Part shown: positions 7,616-14,732 of the stretch, in pieces
Layout of the letters: the number at the start of each line of letters is the position of its first letter
Numbering within the stretch: the stretch's first letter is position 1
NCBI GenBank assembly: GCA_036338595.1
Contig: JAYZBV010000042.1
Coordinates: 1-19,096, forward strand
DNA length: 19,096 nt
Source of the DNA: Planctomycetota bacterium
GTDB taxonomy: Bacteria; Planctomycetota; UBA8108; UBA1146
Reading direction: 5' to 3'
Notes under the pieces: generated by a model
Databases searched by the model: none
Seen by the model: only the letters and a program-made list of their open reading frames with translations
What the model was told of the DNA's origin: nothing
Program-made: the position numbers and the translations under genes

Positions 7616-8226
7616 CACCGTCGACCGATGAACCTGCCCGACCTTCCCTGCTCAGAAGACTCTACGATCTCATCCTGGCGGAAGCAGAGACGAGACGAGG
7701 TCCAGCCGTACTCGCGGGGGTGGCCTTCACCGAATCGAGTTTCTTTCCGATTCCCCCCGATCCGCTGCTGATCGCACTGGGAATCGGCGCTCCCCGCCGA
7801 GCCATCCCGCTGGCGCTGTTGACCACCGCCATGTCGGTACTCGGTGCGATACTCGGATACGCCATCGGAGCGTGGATGATGGAGGCGATCGGAACCTCGA
7901 TCATCTCCTTCTTTGGTGCCGAGCAGCGTTTCGAGCAACTGGTGGAACAATTCCAGGGGGTCGGATTCCTCGCCGTCCTAACCGCTGCCTTCACTCCCAT
8001 CCCCTACAAGATCTTCACCATCGCGGCAGGCTCTGCGGCGATACCGCTGTTCGATTTCATCATCGCGAGCATCATAGGCAGGGGTGCCCGCTTCCTCGCC
8101 ATAGGGATCCTGGTCCGCCTCTACGGGGCGGCGATCGAGCAGTTCATCGACCGGTGGTTCGGAGTTCTGAGCGTACTGGCCTTGATTCTCGCGGTGCTCG
8201 GATTTCTCGCCATCAGTGGATTCTGA
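7612..8226 (+). CDS. YqaA/DedA-family (VTT domain) membrane protein
   Basis: FTESSFFPIPPDPLLI, SVLGAILGYAIG, AAFTPIPYKIFTIAAG and SIIGRGARF. ATG 7612 overlaps the thiE stop (ATGA). Confidence 0.92.
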   Translation: MTPSTDEPARPSLLRRLYDLILAEAETRRGPAVLAGVAFTESSFFPIPPDPLLIALGIGAPRRAIPLALLTTAMSVLGAILGYAIGAWMMEAIGTSIISFFGAEQRFEQLVEQFQGVGFLAVLTAAFTPIPYKIFTIAAGSAAIPLFDFIIASIIGRGARFLAIGILVRLYGAAIEQFIDRWFGVLSVLALILAVLGFLAISGF

Positions 8227-8237
8227 GCAAAACAGGA

Positions 8238-9800
8238 TCAGCGCTGCAACGCTCGGCGCAATTGATCCAGCAGCGCATCTTCGATGCCGCCGTTATCGAC
8301 GGGTACTTCGATCTGGAGTGGAGCCCCGACCTGTGCCCGAGCTTGTGCCTCTGTACGCCAGGCTTCGGCGTTCTCCTCGGTGACGATGGCGAGCAACCCG
8401 GGTCCCGGATGTTCATCACCGGATTCGGGGAGATCGGGGAGACCTTCCATGCCGAACCAACCGGGAGGTCCATCCAGAGCCACCATGGCCAGCGGCCAGT
8501 CACTGTCACCGATGACCACCGAGGCGACCGCTTCGCCTCCACTGCCACTACCGGCGAGCACCACTTGATCCGCAGCCACATTCCGCTGCACCAGTAGCAC
8601 CTTGCGTAGCCGCTCGAGTCCGAAGGAGAGCATCGCGAGATCCTCGTCGCGGTGGTCAGGAGCTACCCAGGCACCACCGCTACCGGCCGAGTACATCGGT
8701 TCCACCACCACGATGCACGAGGACTCTCCCAGTGCCTCGCGCAACCGCTCCAGTTCCTCCGCGGGAGCACTCTCCTCATCGGGCAACCAGACCAACAGTG
8801 GAGCCGGTCCGTCACTGCGCGCCGGAGCATCGATGCGATATCGCAGTGTCCTCGGCAGGTAGACCGCCAGACTTCCTGAATTCAGGCCTCTCGCGATCAA
8901 CTCGGTATCGACGATCCAGTCCGCGCGTGGATCTCCCGCTTCCACGACCACCGAAGGCAACTCAATTGCGGGAGTGATGTGAACCGTTGCCAGATCCGTA
9001 GAGGGACGTCTCAGCAATACCTGACGAGCAGCACCATCGCGTTCGAGACTGTGGAAACCTCCATTGATGTGGACTACTACCGAGCCCGGGAATTGCTCGA
9101 GGGCCCGCACCACCGATTCGCCCATCGTGTTGTCCCACAGGCTCTGCACCTTCTCGAGCCGATCTTCAACCGTTGCTCCCGGACTCACATGACCATGACC
9201 GCGCACCGTGCGGTCATAGCGCTGCCAGTAACGTTCCGTATTGGCCAGCAACTTCTCGGCGATGGTCGCCCTGGTCGATTCATCGAGTGCCGTAAGTCCT
9301 CCACCGAAAGCCACCTTGCGCCAGACGGAAGCCGGAACATTGGCAGCGATCACCGGCACACCCTGTTGCTTCGCCCATTCCAGGATGGGGCGATAGCCGG
9401 TCTCGTAGTTGTTCCATGGATTCGATTGCTCCAGAAAATCATCCTCGTCGATGACTCCGGACAGGTAATCATTCACCACCGACTGTCGATCTCGACCGAA
9501 CATCTCCATCGAGATCACGACATCTCGGCCAGCAGCATGAATCCCCGCCACGACCGCGAGTTCGCATCGATGGGTCACATCATCGAGGTGCGTTTCACCG
9601 AGAATGACCACTTCTCTCGTCGAAAGATCCGCGATCATCTGCTCGAGACTGGCAAGTTTGCCACTATCGGAGGAGTGAACACGGATGTGACCCTCGAGCG
9701 GATGTCCGTGACGATTTTCCGCCAACCAGGGCAGTCCTCTGCAGCCGAGCAGTGACATCAACAGCAGTATCCAGAGGAACGTCGTCTGTAGTTTCTTCAT
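8238..9800 (-). CDS. ChaN-family lipoprotein fused to a C-terminal alpha/beta-hydrolase-like domain
   Basis: Lipobox LLG-C; ChaN/EreA-like motifs VILGETH, ISMEMF, WNNYETGYRPILEWAK, VIAANVP, QSLWDNTM and HINGGFH; about 200 extra C-terminal residues with PLLVWLP and VVLAGSGSGG. ATG 9800 overlaps the gmhB stop. Confidence 0.82.
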   Translation of the reverse strand: MKKLQTTFLWILLLMSLLGCRGLPWLAENRHGHPLEGHIRVHSSDSGKLASLEQMIADLSTREVVILGETHLDDVTHRCELAVVAGIHAAGRDVVISMEMFGRDRQSVVNDYLSGVIDEDDFLEQSNPWNNYETGYRPILEWAKQQGVPVIAANVPASVWRKVAFGGGLTALDESTRATIAEKLLANTERYWQRYDRTVRGHGHVSPGATVEDRLEKVQSLWDNTMGESVVRALEQFPGSVVVHINGGFHSLERDGAARQVLLRRPSTDLATVHITPAIELPSVVVEAGDPRADWIVDTELIARGLNSGSLAVYLPRTLRYRIDAPARSDGPAPLLVWLPDEESAPAEELERLREALGESSCIVVVEPMYSAGSGGAWVAPDHRDEDLAMLSFGLERLRKVLLVQRNVAADQVVLAGSGSGGEAVASVVIGDSDWPLAMVALDGPPGWFGMEGLPDLPESGDEHPGPGLLAIVTEENAEAWRTEAQARAQVGAPLQIEVPVDNGGIEDALLDQLRRALQR

Positions 9801-10342
9801 CGACACCACTCCTCGATCCAGGCCGCCGCCTCTTGCAGATTATCGAGCACGGCGTCCGCCTCGATTCCCTCGGCCAGGGGGGATTCTCCCCTGCCAGTAC
9901 GAACCCGAACCCGGGTCATCCCCAGCGACTGCGCCGCCTCGATATCGCAGCACGAATCACCCACCATCACCGAGCGTTCGAGATCAATACCGTGCTGCTG
10001 GGCAGCTCGCAGGAACATACCCGTCGCAGGTTTGCGACAATCGCAGTCGGCATCCGGAAGATGCGGACAGTGCTCGACAGAGGCGAGAGGAGCCCCCCAG
10101 TTGCGACAATCTTCAACCAACCGCTGATGAATCGACTGCACCACATCCTCGGTGGTCCAGCCCCTGTCGATGGCGGACTGATTGGTCACGACGACGATGG
10201 GAAAACCGAGCCGACCGAGCCGTTGCATCGCTTGCGGCGTGAAATCGTAGTACTGGAAATGCTCGGTGCTGAGAACCGACTCCTGGCGGAAGTGATTGAG
10301 CACTCCATCTCGATCGAGAAACAGGCCCGGTACGCCGCTCAA
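9797..10342 (-). CDS. gmhB: D-glycero-D-manno-heptose 1,7-bisphosphate phosphatase (HAD IIIA)
   Basis: FLDRDGVLN, VVVTNQS, Zn-loop CPH...CDCRKP and MVGD; TTG start overlapping the gmhA stop. Confidence 0.92.
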   Translation of the reverse strand: MSGVPGLFLDRDGVLNHFRQESVLSTEHFQYYDFTPQAMQRLGRLGFPIVVVTNQSAIDRGWTTEDVVQSIHQRLVEDCRNWGAPLASVEHCPHLPDADCDCRKPATGMFLRAAQQHGIDLERSVMVGDSCCDIEAAQSLGMTRVRVRTGRGESPLAEGIEADAVLDNLQEAAAWIEEWCR

Positions 10343-11007
10343 GATCCCGATCGCCCCGTCGTCCGCTCGGCCAGGATACTTCTGACGGCGACCCGGAAAC
10401 CGTGGATGATCATGTGCGTCATCACCATGTGGGCATCCTGGGCAGACTGCATCTCGTCGACTTCAACATGGAGGGAAATATCCACCATTTCCTTCAACCT
10501 GCCGCCATCGAATCCCGTCATCGCTGCGGTCACGCAGCCGATCTCACGGGCACGTTCGATGGCCGAAACCAGGTTGGAGGAGTTCCCGGAACCACTCATC
10601 GTGAGCACCAGATCCCCTGCACGAGCCCACTGCTGTACCTGTTCGGAGAAGATCGCATCGAAGTCGATGTCATTGCCCAGAGCGGTGATGATGGCGGGAC
10701 TCTCGTTGAGGCTGAGAACCCTGAGTCGCTTCGATTCGGAAAAGGGAATCGCATAGGTCGCCAGATCTTCCGCCAGATGAGTCGCGGTGGCGGCACTTCC
10801 CCCGTTGCCAAAGACCAGCAACTGGCGGTCATCGCGCCAGGCATCGATCACCTTGCGGGTGAAGAGGGCAACCGATTGCGCCTCGATCTGACCGAAAGCC
10901 TGCTGGCTTCGATCGAGGTAAGAACTCAGTTCGGTAGCCAACGAATCGAGATCAAATCCGTCGGCGTGAGAATCACTGGCTGACAAGGCTCCTCCAGACT
11001 CTGCCAC
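10339..11007 (-). CDS. gmhA: Sedoheptulose-7-phosphate isomerase (SIS domain)
   Basis: GNGGSAATATHLAED, ITALGND, SGSGNSSNL, TGFDGG and QDAHMVMTH. Adjacent to gmhB. GTG start with GGAG upstream; exact start uncertain. Confidence 0.9.
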   Translation of the reverse strand: MAESGGALSASDSHADGFDLDSLATELSSYLDRSQQAFGQIEAQSVALFTRKVIDAWRDDRQLLVFGNGGSAATATHLAEDLATYAIPFSESKRLRVLSLNESPAIITALGNDIDFDAIFSEQVQQWARAGDLVLTMSGSGNSSNLVSAIERAREIGCVTAAMTGFDGGRLKEMVDISLHVEVDEMQSAQDAHMVMTHMIIHGFRVAVRSILAERTTGRSGS

Positions 11008-11651
11008 TGACTCCGTGAGGATACCTCCTGGAACCCTCGGCGACAGCCCGACAAAACAGCAAGGTGCTCAACTACCGCAATCACGCCCGTCACAGATCCG
11101 GGATAGGATCTCCCAGGAGCCCGGAGAAGCAGGGAGAAAGAGATTTACTGTGGCTCAGCCTCTCCACAAGCCGATGAGCCATTCCTCATCACCGGAGGAT
11201 CCTGACCGGCGGGAACTGGCGCAATCAGGGGTCCCAATTGCACAAAGTCGGAGAGAAAGAGGAAAAAAAGAGACCCAACCCAGAAGGGGGAAATTAGGGG
11301 AATGTTCCGGGCCGGGTCTTCAGGAACTTGTCAGGGCTCGCAAGCAGGAAGAAACGGAGGCCCGGATCGATATCCGCGCTGTGCGCGAGGCATCCGGGTC
11401 CGCGGGGACTCAAATAAATTCCGGTCTCGGAACCAAGTCATCCCCTGAATCCTGCGTTACGAGATTCAAGGGTGGATTGTCCACAGGTACTCCACGTTCG
11501 TCCAGTGCAAAAATCCCCAGATGAGAGAGATTTTTTAGTACCATTGGTGCCGGGTCAGACCGACCCTATCCTGCGCAAAACCCTGTTAGATAGGCACCTA
11601 GGAGATCTTCCGAGGTACCTGGGCGGCTCTTGACACTCGAGAGGACTCCGA

Positions 11652-12866
11652 TTGCCAATTTCCAAAGGTGTCCTCGAATCTCTTTCACGAGCCTCCTGGA
11701 TTCGAAAGATGTTCGAGGAGGGTAACCGGCTCAAGGCCATCCATGGCAAAGACGAGGTCTTCGACTTCACACTCGGCAACCCTCACCTGCCCCCTCCTGC
11801 ACCATTCGTCGAAAAACTGCGCGAACTGGTCAATGGACCCCAGGAAGAGATCCACCGCTACATGCCCAACGCTGGCTGGCCCGAAGTGCGTGAGAAGATC
11901 GCTGCTCATCTGAATCGACGGACAGAGATGCCGTGGACAGGATCGCACATCGTGATGACGGTGGGTGCCGGTGGAGCCTTGAACATCCTGCTCAAGACAC
12001 TGCTGAATCCCGGCGACGAGGTGATCATCCTCAGCCCCTACTTCGTCGAGTACATCTTCTACATCCAGAACCATGGTGGGGTTGTTGTCGATTGCCCCAC
12101 CAGTGAGAATTTCTGTCCTGATCCGGAAGCATTGCTGTCAAAGGTCACTAATCGTACCCGAGCGGTGATCATCAACAGCCCCAACAATCCGACTGGACGC
12201 GTCTACACCGATGCAGAACTGCTTCGCTTCAGCGATGCATTGAGGGAAGCATCCGCCAGCATTGGCGAGCCGATCTATCTCATCTCCGACGAGCCCTACC
12301 GCAAGGTGACGTACGGAGACGTGATTTGCCCCGAAATCACTGACTGCTACGACGATACCATCCTGATCACCTCCCATTCCAAGGACCTGGGGCTCGCTGG
12401 AGATCGCATCGGCTACCTCGCCGTCTCGCCAAATGCCGCAGAGGTTCCCGATCTGGTTGCTGGCTGCACATTTTGCAATCGGACCCTCGGTTACGTGAAT
12501 GCACCCAGTCTTCTTCAACTGGCGGTGGCAGATTGCCAGGAGGTTTCCGTCGATTGTCAGGAATATGCTCGAAACCTCCAGATGCTCAGCGACCAGCTGG
12601 ATCAACTCGGTTTCGAGTACGTTCAACCTGGAGGTGCTTTTTTCCTGTTCCCGTCCACGCCCGATATGGATGACGTCGAGTTCGTTCAACTTGCGATGGA
12701 GGAGAAGATCCTGGTCGTGCCTGGAAGCGGATTCGGTAGAGCCAATCACTTCCGGCTCTCGTTCGCAGTTCCCGAAGAGATGGTGAAGAACTCCCTCCCG
12801 GCCTGGGAACGTTTGGCGCAACGATGCCCGGCGCTCGGACGCAACCAGGAGAGGACCCTCGATTGA
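11652..12866 (+). CDS. PLP-dependent class I/II aminotransferase (aspartate aminotransferase-like)
   Basis: SWIRKMFEEG, VFDFTLGNP, YMPNAG, IINSPNNPTG, ISDEPY, SHSKDLGLAGDRIGY (PLP Lys) and VVPGSGFG...FRLSF; TTG start with GAGGA. Confidence 0.93.
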   Translation: MPISKGVLESLSRASWIRKMFEEGNRLKAIHGKDEVFDFTLGNPHLPPPAPFVEKLRELVNGPQEEIHRYMPNAGWPEVREKIAAHLNRRTEMPWTGSHIVMTVGAGGALNILLKTLLNPGDEVIILSPYFVEYIFYIQNHGGVVVDCPTSENFCPDPEALLSKVTNRTRAVIINSPNNPTGRVYTDAELLRFSDALREASASIGEPIYLISDEPYRKVTYGDVICPEITDCYDDTILITSHSKDLGLAGDRIGYLAVSPNAAEVPDLVAGCTFCNRTLGYVNAPSLLQLAVADCQEVSVDCQEYARNLQMLSDQLDQLGFEYVQPGGAFFLFPSTPDMDDVEFVQLAMEEKILVVPGSGFGRANHFRLSFAVPEEMVKNSLPAWERLAQRCPALGRNQERTLD

Positions 12867-14164
12867 GCATCCTGTGGACGCCCTCCTGCTCGGGCGACGG
12901 GACCGTCCAGCTGCAGCAACTTCAGGAGATCCTATCCAGCCCACCGGGTTTCATTCGGTCACTCGATGACGATGCGGCTCTGCAGGCGGTGGAAGAGATC
13001 GCCGCAACGATTCCCGACGAGGACTCGATCTTGCTGCTGGGGATCGGAGGGTCTGCACTGGGTGCTCGAACCCTGCGGGACTCTCTGGCATGTGATACCG
13101 GTCGCAATCTCATCATCCTGGACAACATCGATCCGGATACGGTAGAGACTCAACTTTCACGTCTCGATCTCACCCGAACCACGATCCTGGTGATCTCAAA
13201 ATCAGGAACCACTGCCGAAACAACTGCACAGTTGTTGCGGTCCATCGCAGCCCTGGAGGCAGCAGGAATCGACCCTGATCAAAAGATCATCGCCGTCACG
13301 GACCGGGAAAAGGGGCCACTGAGGGCTCTTGCCACTGAAAGAAACTGGCGCTCTCTCGAGGTGCCTTCCGACGTCGGGGGACGATACTCGGTGCTGACTG
13401 CGGTCGGGTGGCTTCCGGCGCTACTGGTCGGAATCGATATCCGAGATCTCGTCGGTGGAGCGAGAAAATGCCTCGAGGATCTGCGCCATGCCGGTGTAGA
13501 TCACGCCTTGATCCAGTGGGTCAGCGATTGGGCGCAACGTTCAGCGAGCCATAAGACGGTGGTGCTGTTTCCCTATCGGGATCGTCTGCGGACCTTCGGA
13601 GACTGGTTCGCACAGTTGTGGGCAGAGAGCCTCGGTAAACGCAGGGATCTCTCCGGCACCGAGGTGTGGGCTGGCTCGACTCCCCTGATTGCCCGCGGAG
13701 TGACCGATCAGCATTCCCTGGTTCAACTGTTCATGGAGGGGCCAGATGACAAGCAGTATCTGTTCCTGGATGCTCCGATCGAAGGAGCAGACCCCCTCAT
13801 CGAAGATGGTCTGGCAGATCTCCATCCCGATCTCGAATACCTGGGCGGCAAGAGCCTCGGTCAACTTCGAAATGCAGAGCGTGAGGGAACCATCGCAGCA
13901 TTGCGTTGGGCAGGCAGACCGGTGTCTACCATCGAACTGGAGAAACTGGATGCCGCCCATCTCGGGGCTTTGATGGTGCTATCGGAGATGATGACGGTGC
14001 TGGCAGCAGCAGCACTCAAGGTGAACCCCTACGACCAGCCCGGTGTCGAAGCAGGAAAAGCGGTCGCATTCGCAAGGTTGGGCCGGGCAGGTTGGCACGA
14101 ACAGGAATCGGAGATCACCGCGGGGCATACAGCCCCATCACCGGCTCCCCCCATCGATTGCTAG
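12863..14164 (+). CDS. pgi: Glucose-6-phosphate isomerase (short form)
   Basis: GIGGSALG, ISKSGTTAET, VGGRYSVLT, QLWAESLGK, DQHSLVQL and NPYDQPGVEAGK. Start placed at TTG 12863, overlapping the upstream TGA. Confidence 0.95.
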   Translation: MSILWTPSCSGDGTVQLQQLQEILSSPPGFIRSLDDDAALQAVEEIAATIPDEDSILLLGIGGSALGARTLRDSLACDTGRNLIILDNIDPDTVETQLSRLDLTRTTILVISKSGTTAETTAQLLRSIAALEAAGIDPDQKIIAVTDREKGPLRALATERNWRSLEVPSDVGGRYSVLTAVGWLPALLVGIDIRDLVGGARKCLEDLRHAGVDHALIQWVSDWAQRSASHKTVVLFPYRDRLRTFGDWFAQLWAESLGKRRDLSGTEVWAGSTPLIARGVTDQHSLVQLFMEGPDDKQYLFLDAPIEGADPLIEDGLADLHPDLEYLGGKSLGQLRNAEREGTIAALRWAGRPVSTIELEKLDAAHLGALMVLSEMMTVLAAAALKVNPYDQPGVEAGKAVAFARLGRAGWHEQESEITAGHTAPSPAPPIDC

Positions 14165-14174
14165 GTGCTTTGCA

Positions 14175-14651
14175 TCAACTACTGGAGCTAGATTTCCTTC
14201 GCGCTACCAGACGGACACGAGCATTCCACTCGTCCGCAGAGATCACACCCTTCTGAATCAGCAACTCGATGAGTGCCTGCTGCAGAAGCGATTCATCCTG
14301 AGTTCCGTTGACGGCAGACTTGTTCTCTCGGGGTGCCTGCGTCGAAGGTTGGGATTGCGATGCTGCAGAACCCTTCTTTCGTACTGCTCGTTTCGGCTTC
14401 GGAGCACGACAGGCCTCTGAACTGAAAAAATCCAGTGGCAACGAGAAGCGCTCTGCAATTCGTCTAACCAGAGCACTGCTGGGGAGACTCTGGCCATCGA
14501 GGACATCCTGGATGGTATCGGGCAACACCCCGACTCCCTTGGCAAGTCCGGGAACGGTTTCGTGATGAGCATCGATGAGAAAGCGGATCTTGCGAACCAC
14601 TTGTTCGGGCTCTGAAGTCAATTCGTCGATAATCTTGTCCTCTTGTGACAT
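14175..14651 (-). CDS. XRE/Cro-C1-like HTH protein, putative transcriptional regulator
   Basis: KIRFLI...TVPGLAKGVGVLPDTIQDVLDGQSLPSSALVRRIAERFSLPLDFF resembles an HTH_3 fold; low-complexity linker; short C-terminal helical motif; GGAGG SD. Confidence 0.8.
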   Translation of the reverse strand: MSQEDKIIDELTSEPEQVVRKIRFLIDAHHETVPGLAKGVGVLPDTIQDVLDGQSLPSSALVRRIAERFSLPLDFFSSEACRAPKPKRAVRKKGSAASQSQPSTQAPRENKSAVNGTQDESLLQQALIELLIQKGVISADEWNARVRLVARRKSSSSS

Positions 14652-14732
14652 CGTTCCTCCCGTGAGTTCACCGCTAAAGCAGCATCCATCTGCTCTATCG
14701 GTTGCCGGGAAGCATCTCTGGAGGACTTTCTT

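Noticed and set aside
8979..10983. Long plus-strand ORFs (258, 334 and 193 aa) opposite chaN, gmhB and gmhA
   Set aside because: Typical antisense open frames produced by high-GC codon bias; the minus-strand genes carry the conserved motifs.
11015..11524. 169-aa plus-strand ORF in the long intergenic region
   Set aside because: Low-complexity R/S/P/G/E composition, no motif, no clear SD, and it starts 7 nt from the divergent gmhA start. Not called as a gene, though it cannot be fully excluded.
11630..11635. TTGACA upstream of the aminotransferase as a -35 element
   Set aside because: It lies only 16 nt before the start codon, leaving no room for a -10 element and leader.
11652..12866. Aminotransferase as DapL partnering dapF
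   Set aside because: The sequence resembles the SWIRKMFEEG aspartate aminotransferase-like group rather than LL-DAP aminotransferase, and it is coupled to pgi about 7 kb from dapF.
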